Shown here piece by piece: positions 8,580 through 19,004 of a stretch of DNA of 64,000 nt. The translations under genes were made by a program, and so were the position numbers. Under the pieces are notes generated by a model, which saw only the letters and a program-made list of their open reading frames with translations, had not been told where the DNA came from and did no database searches. The stretch lies in contig JAGQYY010000006.1 in the NCBI GenBank assembly GCA_020435825.1, positions 517-64,516 of the forward strand, read 5' to 3'. Source of the DNA: Aequorivita sp. GTDB taxonomy: Bacteria; Bacteroidota; Bacteroidia; Flavobacteriales; Flavobacteriaceae. Numbering within the stretch: the first letter of the stretch is position 1; every line of letters starts with the position of its first letter.

Positions 8580-9692
8580 ATGAAGCACCTTTTTTCCTTA
8601 TTCACGATATTACTTTTAAGCTTTTCCCTTTTTGCGCAAGAAGAAAAAGAATTGAAACCTGTTTCGTTGGAAGCCGATTTTTTTTACGGAACTATTTTCG
8701 AGCACAATCCAGATATTGAACATTTAATTACTGGACATCCCACAGGTTTTATTCTTTCATTTAACCGAAAAACGTACGGTTTTAATGAATGGGAGCGCCG
8801 TTATAATTATCCAGATTGGGGTTTTACGCTTGCATATCAAAATATGCACAACGAATATTTGGGAAATGTAATCGGTGCCTATGGTCATATGAACTGGTAT
8901 TTTTTAAAAAGGCATTTTATGCTGAGCGTGGGCCAGGGAATTGCATATTCGGCAATCCCTTATGATCAGGAAACAAATTACATCAATAATGCCTATGGCA
9001 CGCATTTGTTGAGTACAACTATTTTAAGGGGAAATTTTGTGCGAGAAAATATTTGGAAAGGACTGGGCCTTCACGCAGGTTTTACCGTTATCCACTATAG
9101 CAATGCCAATTTTAAAGCTCCCAACAGCAGTACCAATTCATTTTTGCTAAATGCAGGGGTAAGTTATCAATTGGATTATAAGGAATTTCCAGAATATGTC
9201 CATAAAGAAGATTCGCTCAGCAAGACATATGCTGAAAGGTTTAAATACAACCTTGCTTTTAGGACAGGTATAAATGAAAGTGATGTAGTAGGTCTTGGGC
9301 AAGAGCCTTTTTATGTAATTTCAGCTTTTGTGGACAAACGCATTAACTATAAAAGCACATTTACTGCCGGCGTAGATGTTTTCTTTTCTACTTTTTTGAA
9401 GGAATTGATAAATTACCGCTCCATTGCCTATCCAGAGGATGGACTTTCGGGTAACGAAGACTATAAGCGCGTTGGGGTATTTGTGGGCCACGAATGGCGT
9501 TTCAATAAAGTGGCGTTTGTTTCGCAGTTGGGATATTATTTGTATTGGCCCTATGAATTTGAAAATCGGGTTTATAACCGTTTAGGGCTTAAACGATACT
9601 TTTTCAACGATAAAATTTTTGCAGCCATAAGTGTTCATGCACATTGGGCAAAGGCAGAAGCTGTAGAATTTGGGGTTGGTTACAGATTGTAA
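8580..9692 (+). CDS. Acyloxyacyl hydrolase-like beta-barrel (copy 2)
   Basis: HYSNANFKAPN; clear paralog of 6705-7796. Confidence 0.7.
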   Translation: MKHLFSLFTILLLSFSLFAQEEKELKPVSLEADFFYGTIFEHNPDIEHLITGHPTGFILSFNRKTYGFNEWERRYNYPDWGFTLAYQNMHNEYLGNVIGAYGHMNWYFLKRHFMLSVGQGIAYSAIPYDQETNYINNAYGTHLLSTTILRGNFVRENIWKGLGLHAGFTVIHYSNANFKAPNSSTNSFLLNAGVSYQLDYKEFPEYVHKEDSLSKTYAERFKYNLAFRTGINESDVVGLGQEPFYVISAFVDKRINYKSTFTAGVDVFFSTFLKELINYRSIAYPEDGLSGNEDYKRVGVFVGHEWRFNKVAFVSQLGYYLYWPYEFENRVYNRLGLKRYFFNDKIFAAISVHAHWAKAEAVEFGVGYRL

Positions 9693-9719
9693 CACTTCTG
9701 AAAATTTTCTAAAAAAATT

Positions 9720-10469
9720 ATGAGGAGCATATTTTTAGTTTTATTGTTTTTAATCGTTAACGGATGCAGTTCAGACTCGGGTTGGGATTGTATTCAAACA
9801 GCTGGAAAAATTGTTCAGAAAGAAGTATCTGTCCAGCCATTCACAAAGATACTGGTTTGGGAGCGTACCAAACTTTTCATAACGCAAGGTGATGAGCAAA
9901 AAGTAGTAATTGAAACTGGCGAGAATTTAATGAACGATGTTGAGGTCTCGGTAACTGACGGGAAGCTCGAAATTCACAATAACAACAGTTGCAATCTTGT
10001 ACGTGATTATGGATTGACAAAAGTTTACGTTACATCACCAAATGTTACTGAAATTAGGAGCAGCACGGGCTATTCGGTAGAAAGTATAGGGGTGCTTCGG
10101 TATCCAAATTTAAGTTTGGCATCTGAGGATCAAGAGAATGAAGATCAATATCATATTGATGGCGATTTTCATTTGGATCTGGAAGTGCAGAGTCTAAGGA
10201 TTGTTGCCAATGGCTTGTCCAAATTTTATTTAAGTGGAAGTGCATCCCAAGCTGTTTTTGGCCTTTATGCCGGCGATTGCAGGATTTATTCTGAAAACCT
10301 AATGGTTGAAGATTTAACCATTTTTCACAGAAGCACGGGTGAAATGACCGTTAATCCCCAACAATCCATTCGCGGAAAAATAGTGAGCCTGGGCAATGTT
10401 ATCAGTAAAAACCGCCCGCCAATCGTTGAGGTGGAGGAACTGTACCGCGGCAGGCTTATTTTTGAATAG
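9720..10469 (+). CDS. Lipoprotein with head GIN / DUF2807-like domain (copy 2)
   Basis: Putative lipobox VNGC; GWDC and NNNSCNLVRDYG shared with copy 1. Confidence 0.7.
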   Translation: MRSIFLVLLFLIVNGCSSDSGWDCIQTAGKIVQKEVSVQPFTKILVWERTKLFITQGDEQKVVIETGENLMNDVEVSVTDGKLEIHNNNSCNLVRDYGLTKVYVTSPNVTEIRSSTGYSVESIGVLRYPNLSLASEDQENEDQYHIDGDFHLDLEVQSLRIVANGLSKFYLSGSASQAVFGLYAGDCRIYSENLMVEDLTIFHRSTGEMTVNPQQSIRGKIVSLGNVISKNRPPIVEVEELYRGRLIFE

Positions 10470-11355
10470 TCAATTCAGAAAATAATTTTTCAAGGGTAGT
10501 GTTTTTTTGATGTAGCTGAAGAATTTTCAGGCCATTATCGTGCGCAAAATCGAAGACTTTTCCCCGCATATCCTGCTCGGTCTCAAAATAAAGTTGATAC
10601 ACAAAACCGATGGAGTTTTCCACTCTTAGAATCCTTGGAAGCTGTTGTAGGGCCACTTCTTCCACACGATAGTCAAATTCCACTTCAATTATTTGCTGCG
10701 TGCTGTTCTTTAAATCTGAAAGTTTTTTATCGAGAACAATCTCACCTTTGTTAATAATTATCACACGATCACAAATAGCTTCGACCTCTTGCATAATATG
10801 GGTGGAAAGCAAAACTGTTTTTTCCTTCCCAACGTTTTTTATTAGTTGACGGATTTCAATCAATTGATTGGGATCCAAACCTGTCGTTGGCTCATCGAGG
10901 ATTAAAACCTCGGGATTGTGCAAAAGTGCATTCGCAAGCCCAACGCGTTGTCTGTATCCTTTTGAAAGTTGCCCGATTTTTTTGTTTGCTTCAGGTTTTA
11001 AACCGGTCTTTTCAATTACATTTTCAACTTCTGCTTTTGGAATATGATAAATTCCAGCATTGAAAAGAAGATATTCGCGAACGTACATATCCAAATAAAG
11101 CGGGTTGTGTTCCGGCAGATAACCAACGCTTTTCTTCACGGCGATATCGTCTTTGTTCACTTCAAATCCATTTACAATGGCTACTCCTTCTGAAGCGGGA
11201 AGAAAAGTTGTCAAAATTTTCATCATAGTAGATTTTCCAGCACCGTTTGGCCCTAGAAAACCTACAATCTCTCCTTTGTTAATAGTGAATGACACCTTGT
11301 TCAGCGCTTTTTGTCCGCCGTATGTTTTGGTAATATTTTCTACTTGTATCGACAT
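10456..11355 (-). CDS. gldA: Gliding motility ABC transporter ATP-binding subunit
   Basis: GPNGAGKST, GYLPEHNPLY, LSKGYRQRVG, EVEFDYRVEE. Confidence 0.9.
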   Translation of the reverse strand: MSIQVENITKTYGGQKALNKVSFTINKGEIVGFLGPNGAGKSTMMKILTTFLPASEGVAIVNGFEVNKDDIAVKKSVGYLPEHNPLYLDMYVREYLLFNAGIYHIPKAEVENVIEKTGLKPEANKKIGQLSKGYRQRVGLANALLHNPEVLILDEPTTGLDPNQLIEIRQLIKNVGKEKTVLLSTHIMQEVEAICDRVIIINKGEIVLDKKLSDLKNSTQQIIEVEFDYRVEEVALQQLPRILRVENSIGFVYQLYFETEQDMRGKVFDFAHDNGLKILQLHQKNTTLEKLFSELTIQK

Positions 11356-11451
11356 ATTTTAAGAAGTTGAACAAAGTTAAGCAAATAAAAAAATGAAAAA
11401 AGGCTTTTTCGTTTTTAAGAATTAACTACATTAGCAGTCTATTAAAACACA

Positions 11452-11523
11452 ATGAGCACACTTTTTACTTTCAACAATTTTTGGTTTTTCTATTTTAACG
11501 ATAGAACCGGGATTGTTGTATAG
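11452..11523 (+). CDS. Aromatic-rich leader peptide (attenuator uORF)
   Basis: MSTLFTFNNFWFFYFNDRTGIVV*: 6 Phe, 1 Trp, 1 Tyr in 23 aa, upstream of pheA. Confidence 0.8.
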   Translation: MSTLFTFNNFWFFYFNDRTGIVV

Positions 11524-11545
11524 GTAATTTAACCATAAAACATTT

Positions 11546-11580
11546 AAAGTCCCGGAAATATTTTCCGGGACTTTTTTTTT
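11546..11580 (+). terminator. Attenuator terminator hairpin
   Basis: AAAGTCCCGGAAA-TAT-TTTCCGGGACTTT followed by a T run; left arm complementary to CCGGGAT in the leader ORF. Confidence 0.85.
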
Positions 11581-11598
11581 AACCTTAAATTTAAAATT

Positions 11599-12471
11599 AT
11601 GAGCCTAAAAGTAGCAATACAGGGAATTGAAAGTTCGTTCCACCACCAAGCCGTCCAAAAACTTTTTCCCAACGAGGAAATCAATCTTTTGACCTGTGAT
11701 TCTTTTGAAAAGGTAACGACCGCAGTAAATAATTCGAATGCAGATTTTGGCGTTATTGCCATTGAAAATACCATTGTTGGATCAATTTTACCAAATTATG
11801 GATTGATTGACAAAGGCAATTTTGAGGTTTTGGCCGAAACGGTTTTAAACATTCAAATGTTCGTTATGGCGTTGGAAAGTGAATCCATTCACAATATAAA
11901 GGAAATACATTCGCATCCTGTGGCGCTGCTTCAGTGCAGGGATTATTTGCAGAAATTTCCGCCACAGTTTAAAGTCATTGAAGGAAAGGACACTGCCTCT
12001 GAAGCCAAAAGAATCAGAGATCAAAACTTAACGGGCGTTGCGGCCATTGCCGGAAAACAGGTTGCCGAAAAATTCGGACTCAAAATTTTGGACAGTAATA
12101 TCCAAGATATAAAGGAAAACCATACGCGCTTCGTACTTTTGGGCAAAAAAGAAAGGCAAAGGATTCAACAAGCCAACAAGGCTTCCATTAAATTTGTGCT
12201 GGAACACAATGTGGGAAGTTTAGGAAACGTGCTGAACCTTTTAACGACCTTCAACATCAATTTGACTAAAATTCAATCTCTTCCAATAGTTGGCAAACCT
12301 TGGCAGTATGCGTTTTTTGTTGATGTGGTTTTTGAAGATGAAAGTTTCTTTTTTGAAGTGATGGAAATGCTTAAAAAAACAGTGAAAGAATTAAAAATAT
12401 TGGGCGTTTACGAACAAGACGAAACACATGCCCATGCTCAATTTTCAAATGCAATTTTAAATGGAAAATAA
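11599..12471 (+). CDS. pheA: Prephenate dehydratase
   Basis: VAIQG..SFH, AIENT..GS, HSHPVALLQC, NHTRF, ACT domain NLTKIQSLP. Confidence 0.92.
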   Translation: MSLKVAIQGIESSFHHQAVQKLFPNEEINLLTCDSFEKVTTAVNNSNADFGVIAIENTIVGSILPNYGLIDKGNFEVLAETVLNIQMFVMALESESIHNIKEIHSHPVALLQCRDYLQKFPPQFKVIEGKDTASEAKRIRDQNLTGVAAIAGKQVAEKFGLKILDSNIQDIKENHTRFVLLGKKERQRIQQANKASIKFVLEHNVGSLGNVLNLLTTFNINLTKIQSLPIVGKPWQYAFFVDVVFEDESFFFEVMEMLKKTVKELKILGVYEQDETHAHAQFSNAILNGK

Positions 12472-13543
12472 TAAAAATCTTCACAATTGGCTAAACAAAA
12501 TGGAACTGGCCCACCCAATTGTAATTGCCGGTCCATGCAGTGCCGAAACAGAAGAACAAGTGCTGAAAACAGCTCGCCAATTAAAGGAAACCGATACAAC
12601 GGTAATGCGCGCAGGAATCTGGAAGCCCAGAACCCGACCGGGAAATTTTGAAGGCGTTGGTGCTTTGGGTTTGAAATGGCTTCAAAAGGCAAAACAGGAA
12701 ACGGGGTTGATGACAGCTACCGAAGTTGCAAACGCCAATCACGTAGATTTGGCACTGAAACACGATGTGGATATTCTTTGGGTTGGCGCGCGCACAACGG
12801 TGTCGCCATTTATCGTGCAGGAAATCGCCGATGCTTTAAAGGGAACGGAAAAAATTGTGTTGATAAAAAACCCCGTGAATCCAGATTTGGCACTTTGGCT
12901 GGGTGCTGTGGAACGTTTTTATGAAAGTGATGTAAAAAATCTGGGCGTAATTCATCGTGGATTTTCAACTTATGAAAAAACGCGCTACCGTAATAATCCC
13001 GAATGGCAGATCCCGATTGACCTTCAAAACAAATTTCCAGACTTACCTTTGATTTTGGATCCTTCGCATATTGCGGGACGTCGTGATATTATATTTGATT
13101 TATGTCAAACCGCTTTGGATCTTAATTACGACGGATTGATGGTTGAAACACATTTTGATCCAGACAGTGCTTGGAGCGATGCTGCGCAACAAATTACACC
13201 AGCAACCTTAAAGCAAATGACTATCGATTTGCGAATTCGAAAACAGGAAGGCGATGCAGTTGAATTTAGAAATAAATTGAACACATTGCGCACAAAGATT
13301 GATGTTTTGGACCATCAGCTTATAGAATCCTTGGGAAAAAGAATGAAGATTGCCGATAGTATTGGAACTTTAAAAAAGAAAAATAATGTGGCCATTCTTC
13401 AAACAAAAAGATGGAATGAGGTTTTAGGAAAAATGATATTGGAAGGCGAAGAAAATCAATTGAGCGAGGAATTTATACTGAAAATTTTTAAAGCCATTCA
13501 CCAAGAATCCATTAACCACCAAAAAAAGGTTATTAATGACTAA
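12461..13543 (+). CDS. Bifunctional DAHP synthase (type I-beta) / chorismate mutase
   Basis: IAGPCSAE, RAGIWKPRTRP, DPSHIAG; C-terminal LRTKIDVLDHQL chorismate mutase domain. Confidence 0.92.
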   Translation: MENNKNLHNWLNKMELAHPIVIAGPCSAETEEQVLKTARQLKETDTTVMRAGIWKPRTRPGNFEGVGALGLKWLQKAKQETGLMTATEVANANHVDLALKHDVDILWVGARTTVSPFIVQEIADALKGTEKIVLIKNPVNPDLALWLGAVERFYESDVKNLGVIHRGFSTYEKTRYRNNPEWQIPIDLQNKFPDLPLILDPSHIAGRRDIIFDLCQTALDLNYDGLMVETHFDPDSAWSDAAQQITPATLKQMTIDLRIRKQEGDAVEFRNKLNTLRTKIDVLDHQLIESLGKRMKIADSIGTLKKKNNVAILQTKRWNEVLGKMILEGEENQLSEEFILKIFKAIHQESINHQKKVIND

Positions 13544-13564
13544 AAAGTTTTGCAACTTTGCAGC

Positions 13565-14515
13565 ATGAAAGGTCTTGTCTATAAATCTACAGGAAGCTGG
13601 TATTCCGTAAAAGCCGAAAACGGCACTTTTTACGATTGCCGTATAAAAGGCAAGTTCCGGATTGGAGGTATTAAAAGTACAAATCCTGTAGCGGTAGGGG
13701 ATCACGTAGATTTTGATATTGAGAAAAAGGGTGGTGAAACTGTCGGAGTAATCTCGCATATTGATGAACGCGAAAACTATATCATCCGTAAATCCGTAAA
13801 TCTTTCAAAACAAACACACATAATTGCTGCAAATATTGATGTTGCCTTTTTGTTGATTACTCTAAATAATCCGCTAACATTTACCACTTTTATAGATCGC
13901 TTTTTGGTAACTGCGGAAGCCTATCATATTAAGGCTGTATTGCTTTTCAATAAAATTGACACCTACAATGAAGATGAATTGCTTGAAATAAAATTACTTG
14001 CTGCACTTTATCGAAAAATAGGGTATGAGTGCATCGGAGTTTCAGCGATTACAGGAAAAAATACTGACAAAGTAAAAGCTTTGATGCAAGGCAAAGTAAC
14101 AATGTTTTCTGGGCATAGCGGCGTTGGAAAATCTACTTTGATAAATACTTTGGAACCAGGCTTGGGTTTAAAAACCTCGAAAATTTCCGAGCAACATTTG
14201 CAAGGGCAACATACTACTACTTTTGCAGAAATGTTTGATCTTTCCTTTGGCGGACAGATTATAGACACTCCGGGCATAAAAGGTTTTGGAGTAGTGGAAA
14301 TGGAAAAAGAGGAGCTGGGGGATTACTTTCCGGAGTTTTTTGAACTGAAGGAAAATTGCAAATTCAACAACTGCCTGCATCTGGAGGAACCGAACTGCGC
14401 TGTGAAAGAAGCTTTGGAAAATGAAGAAATAGCGTGGTCCCGATATAAAAGTTATCTACAGATTTTGGAAGGCGAAGAGGAACATTTCAGAAAAGATATT
14501 TATAATGAGAAATAA
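13565..14515 (+). CDS. rsgA: Ribosome small subunit-dependent GTPase
   Basis: NKID, GHSGVGKST, HTTT, DTPG, CKFNNCLHLEEPNC. Confidence 0.95.
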   Translation: MKGLVYKSTGSWYSVKAENGTFYDCRIKGKFRIGGIKSTNPVAVGDHVDFDIEKKGGETVGVISHIDERENYIIRKSVNLSKQTHIIAANIDVAFLLITLNNPLTFTTFIDRFLVTAEAYHIKAVLLFNKIDTYNEDELLEIKLLAALYRKIGYECIGVSAITGKNTDKVKALMQGKVTMFSGHSGVGKSTLINTLEPGLGLKTSKISEQHLQGQHTTTFAEMFDLSFGGQIIDTPGIKGFGVVEMEKEELGDYFPEFFELKENCKFNNCLHLEEPNCAVKEALENEEIAWSRYKSYLQILEGEEEHFRKDIYNEK

Positions 14516-14555
14516 AGCTCAAATCCCAAAACTTCCAACAATCCAATAATCCAAA

Positions 14556-15008
14556 ATGCGCGTTTTAATCCAAAGAGTAAAAAAAGCATCCGTAATTATT
14601 GAAGGAAAAATTTTTTCTGAAATAAATGAGGGATTGCTCATTTTATTGGGAATTGAAGCAGAAGATACCCAAGAAGACATTGATTGGCTAGCAGGGAAAA
14701 TTGCCCGTTTACGTATTTTTTCAGATGAAAATGATGCGATGAATCTTTCGGTAAAGGATGTAAATGGCGATTGTTTGGTTGTTAGTCAATTTACACTTCA
14801 CGCAAGCACAAGAAAAGGCAATCGCCCTTCTTTTATTAATGCCGCAAAACCCGAAATCGCTATCCCACTCTATGAAAATTTTGTGTTAAAACTTGAAAAT
14901 GAAACCGATAAAAAAGTCCAGACCGGCAGCTTCGGAGCAATGATGGATGTGACTTTAATTAATGATGGTCCAGTTACAATTTGGATAGATTCAAAAAGAA
15001 GAGAATAA
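14556..15008 (+). CDS. dtd: D-aminoacyl-tRNA deacylase
   Basis: LIQRV, SQFTL, KGNRPSF, NDGPVT. Confidence 0.95.
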   Translation: MRVLIQRVKKASVIIEGKIFSEINEGLLILLGIEAEDTQEDIDWLAGKIARLRIFSDENDAMNLSVKDVNGDCLVVSQFTLHASTRKGNRPSFINAAKPEIAIPLYENFVLKLENETDKKVQTGSFGAMMDVTLINDGPVTIWIDSKRRE

Positions 15009-15070
15009 ACTCTTTAACTTTTTCTTAACCTTTAAGGAATTTTATATATTGCCAAACAATAAAGATTTTT

Positions 15071-16972
15071 ATGAAAACGATTTTTTGCTTGGCATTTCTG
15101 CTTTGCTCACCCTATATATATTCTCAAAAAGACTACTCCATAGCGTCCATAAACAAGGAGCTTACTGAATTTTCCAACAGTATTTTAATTGATGAAATGG
15201 TTGAAATAGATGTGACAGACATCAACAAAATGAAAACCAAAACACACCGTGTTATGGCGGTGCTCAACAAAATGGGTGATGGCGATGTAAATCTTCGCGA
15301 GTATTATGATGACAATTCCCGTGTAAAAAATATTGAAGTTTGGATTTATGATGCTTTTGGAAAGGAATTGGAGCATTTCAAGAAGAAAGATTTTGTAGAT
15401 GTAAGTAGAACGGGAATAAGTATTTATAGTGATGACCGAGTGCTCGGATTAAATTACACGCCCACCACTTATCCTTATATTGTGGTTTATAACAGCGAGA
15501 CCGAAACAGGCGATTCTGCATTTATAAGCCCGTGGTACCCTTTGGGTGGATATGCTGAAAGCACTCAAAAAAGTGTGTTGAAAATTAAATTTGATCCAAC
15601 AAATAAGCCAAAATATAAACCTCAAAACTTGGAAGGGTTTGATATTGCGATTTCTGAAACACAAGATGAAATCACCTTTTCGGGTACGAATCTTAAAGCT
15701 ATCCGAAGCGAGGAGCACAGTCCATCGTCATATGCCTTTTTTCCTTTCATTCGTATTGCCCTCGATAATTTTAAGTTAAAAGGAACTTCAGGGTCAGGAA
15801 AAAGTTGGAAAGTGTTTGGAAGCTGGGTAAACAAGAGCTTGCTTTCAGATGTAAACGAACTTCCCGAGGGAACTCTGGCAAGGATTAAAAGCTTGGTTGC
15901 AAATGAAACCACCAACGAAGGAAAGGCGCGTAAAATCTATCAATATGTGCAAGATAAGGTTCGCTATGTAAGTATCAGTATAGGGATTGGCGGTTGGAAA
16001 CCAATGCCAGCATCAGATGTAGATAAATTAAGTTATGGAGACTGTAAAGCCTTGACCAATTATACAAAAACCCTTTTGGATGCTGTTGGCGTTCCTTCTT
16101 ATTATACTTTGGTAAATGCAGGGGGCACTAAAATTGCTATTCATGAGGATTTTGCTTTTCCGTGGTTTAATCACGCAATTCTCGGAATTCCTGATGGAGA
16201 TGATATTACTTGGTTAGAATGTACCAGTCAAGACACACCTTATGGTTATATAGGTGATTTCACTGATGATCGTGATGTGCTAATAATGACTCCTGAAGGT
16301 GGGAAAATTGCACATACCAAAATTTATGAAACCGAGGAAAACACACAAGAGAACACTTCAAAAGTAAAAGTTGATGCTAATGGAAATGTTACGGCAAATT
16401 TTGAAAGTGTTTCCAAAGGGCTTCAATACGACAATAAATATTTGCTCCCGAAGAAGAAAAAGGAAGATGTGGATAAATATTATAAAAATCGTTGGAGCTA
16501 TGTCAATGGGTTTTCATTGAACAATTTTGAGTTCATTAACGATCGTGAGAATATAGTTTTTACTGAAAAAGTTTCAATAAGTATTCCTGATTACGCAAAT
16601 GCAGTGGGCAATGATTTTCTTTTCTGTGCCAATATTTTCAACCAAAACCAGTACATTCCACCACGCATTGAAAACAGAAAACAAAATCTTTACTTAGCGC
16701 ATGGATTTATTGATGAAGATACTGTAGAAGTTGAAATTCCTGAAGACTTTTCTGTAGAGGTTTTGCCCGAGGACACTATTTTGGAAACCAAATTTGGTAA
16801 ATATGAAATAAGCTTCACTAAAACTGTTGGGAACAAATTGGTTTATAACCGAAAACTGATGATCAACAAAGGCGAATATCCTTCTTCAGAATATGAAAAC
16901 TATAGAGATTTTATGAGATCTATTGCTAGATTGGATAAAACAAAAATACTTTTAAAACAAAACGTAGAATAA
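15071..16972 (+). CDS. DUF3857 / transglutaminase-like domain protein
   Basis: Signal peptide, YGDCKAL and FNHAI catalytic-like motifs. Confidence 0.8.
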   Translation: MKTIFCLAFLLCSPYIYSQKDYSIASINKELTEFSNSILIDEMVEIDVTDINKMKTKTHRVMAVLNKMGDGDVNLREYYDDNSRVKNIEVWIYDAFGKELEHFKKKDFVDVSRTGISIYSDDRVLGLNYTPTTYPYIVVYNSETETGDSAFISPWYPLGGYAESTQKSVLKIKFDPTNKPKYKPQNLEGFDIAISETQDEITFSGTNLKAIRSEEHSPSSYAFFPFIRIALDNFKLKGTSGSGKSWKVFGSWVNKSLLSDVNELPEGTLARIKSLVANETTNEGKARKIYQYVQDKVRYVSISIGIGGWKPMPASDVDKLSYGDCKALTNYTKTLLDAVGVPSYYTLVNAGGTKIAIHEDFAFPWFNHAILGIPDGDDITWLECTSQDTPYGYIGDFTDDRDVLIMTPEGGKIAHTKIYETEENTQENTSKVKVDANGNVTANFESVSKGLQYDNKYLLPKKKKEDVDKYYKNRWSYVNGFSLNNFEFINDRENIVFTEKVSISIPDYANAVGNDFLFCANIFNQNQYIPPRIENRKQNLYLAHGFIDEDTVEVEIPEDFSVEVLPEDTILETKFGKYEISFTKTVGNKLVYNRKLMINKGEYPSSEYENYRDFMRSIARLDKTKILLKQNVE

Positions 16973-16985
16973 ATAAACGTGACCA

Positions 16986-19004
16986 ATGAAAATAAGCCTG
17001 CTCACAACAATTGCATTGTTGTGCTTTTTGAATATTACAGTTGCGCAGAACTATAAATTCGGAAAAGTCTCTAAAGAAGAACTACTTCAAAAAGAACATC
17101 CAACCAACCCAACTGCTGATGCCGCAGTGCTTTACCGAGAAACCAAAACCGATTTTCAATATACTGAGGACTCCGGATGGTATATGGTTACTGATTATTT
17201 TGAACGTGTAAAAATATACACCAAAAAAGGTTTTGAGAGAGCAAACGCAACTATAAATTTATATAAAGATGATAAAGAGGATAAACTTCTTAACCTGAAA
17301 GGTTATACATATTATATAGGTGAAGACGGCAAAGTGCAAGAAGTGAAACTTAAAAGTGATGGAATTTTTGAGGAAGAGACCTCTAAATTTCTTAAGCAAA
17401 CAAAAATTACAATGCCAGACGTGCGCGAAGGTTGTATTATAGAATATAAATACACCATCAATTCGCCTTTCATTTTTAATATAGATGAATTCAGGTTTCA
17501 GGAAACCATTCCTGTTGAGAAAGTGAAAGTGCTTTTCACAACACCGGAATACTTTGTTTACAAAACACACCAAAGAGGTTGGGTTCCTTATAAAGTAGAT
17601 TCTGAAACAAGAGAACGATCAATGATTTATAATTATAAGGGGAAGAATTCACCGGGAATGTTTGGCGATGGAATTGCACATACTGAAACAAGGGAGGTGA
17701 AATTTAATGAAGATACCTACACAGTGGAGCTTGAAAATGTTCCAGCACTTCAGGAAGAAGCTTTTGTAGGCAATTTAGACAACTACACAACTGCTTTGCA
17801 ATTTGAGATGAGTTACATAGATATTCCTGGCGTACCACTTAAAACCTATGCCACCACTTGGGAAGACGTTTCAAAAAGTATATACCGCATAGATGATTTT
17901 GGGGCTGAGCTAGATCGTAGTAACTATTTTGAAAATGATATAGATGCTCTTTTGAATGGTGTAACAAAACCTGAAGAAAAGGTAGGCCTCATTTTTTCTT
18001 ATGTTTTAAACAAAATGAACTGGAACGGTTATAACGGTTTTTATACTAACGAAGGCGTTAAAACTGCATATAAAAAAGGCTCTGGAAATGTAGCGGATAT
18101 AAACCTGATGCTGATAGCAATGCTGCGCCACGCAAATTTGGACGCTAATCCCGTTTTGGTAAGTACAAAAGAACATGGTATTCCATTATTTCCTACTCGC
18201 AACGGATTTAATTATGTTATTGCTGCGGTTGATTTTCCACAGGGAACCCTGTTGCTTGATGCCACCAATAAGGATGCCGAAATAGGCGTTTTAAAATCTA
18301 ACATTTTAAATTGGCAAGGTCGTGTTATAAAGAAAGACGGTACTTCTGACTGGGTTTCTTTAAGTTCGATTGTTCCCGCCGTGAAAAGTGCAATGGTTAA
18401 TACAGAAATCAAGTCAGATATGTCAGTTGCGGGAAAAGCCCAGAGCAGATTCACGGGGAATTACGCCTTTAAATATAGAACAGAATTTAAGAGTATGAAC
18501 GAAGATGCACAGCGCAAGGCAATTGAAAAAGAGAACAATCAAGCTGAGCTATCTAATTTGCATTTTGAAAATTTGACCACTCTTGGCCAGCCTGTTTCTT
18601 TAGAATATGATTTTGAAGCCCTCGATGCTGTGGAAGATGTAGCGGGCAAACTTTATTTTTCCCCCATGTTTTTTATGGCAACAAAGGAAACTCCATTTAA
18701 ATCCGAAACCCGTGAATACCCTATTGATTTTGGTTATCCAATGAAGAATCGGTATATTATCAATATTGCTTTGCCGGAAGGCTATAAAGTGGAAGCATTG
18801 CCTGAGAATGCAGTTTTTAATTTGGGTGAAAACACGGGAAGCTACCGCTATCTTATTTCACAAGTTGGCAACAAACTGCAACTTTCTGTGGAATATGCAA
18901 TGAATAAATCTTTCATCCCAGCTGAAGAATATGGTAATCTTAAAAAATTCTACGAACTTTTAATAGCGAAGGAAAACGAAAAAGTTGTACTTTCAAGGTC
19001 ATAA
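16986..19004 (+). CDS. DUF3857 / transglutaminase-like domain protein, probably catalytically inactive
   Basis: FGKVSKEEL start; GNVADINL and FNYVI replace the catalytic Cys and His. Confidence 0.75.
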   Translation: MKISLLTTIALLCFLNITVAQNYKFGKVSKEELLQKEHPTNPTADAAVLYRETKTDFQYTEDSGWYMVTDYFERVKIYTKKGFERANATINLYKDDKEDKLLNLKGYTYYIGEDGKVQEVKLKSDGIFEEETSKFLKQTKITMPDVREGCIIEYKYTINSPFIFNIDEFRFQETIPVEKVKVLFTTPEYFVYKTHQRGWVPYKVDSETRERSMIYNYKGKNSPGMFGDGIAHTETREVKFNEDTYTVELENVPALQEEAFVGNLDNYTTALQFEMSYIDIPGVPLKTYATTWEDVSKSIYRIDDFGAELDRSNYFENDIDALLNGVTKPEEKVGLIFSYVLNKMNWNGYNGFYTNEGVKTAYKKGSGNVADINLMLIAMLRHANLDANPVLVSTKEHGIPLFPTRNGFNYVIAAVDFPQGTLLLDATNKDAEIGVLKSNILNWQGRVIKKDGTSDWVSLSSIVPAVKSAMVNTEIKSDMSVAGKAQSRFTGNYAFKYRTEFKSMNEDAQRKAIEKENNQAELSNLHFENLTTLGQPVSLEYDFEALDAVEDVAGKLYFSPMFFMATKETPFKSETREYPIDFGYPMKNRYIINIALPEGYKVEALPENAVFNLGENTGSYRYLISQVGNKLQLSVEYAMNKSFIPAEEYGNLKKFYELLIAKENEKVVLSRS

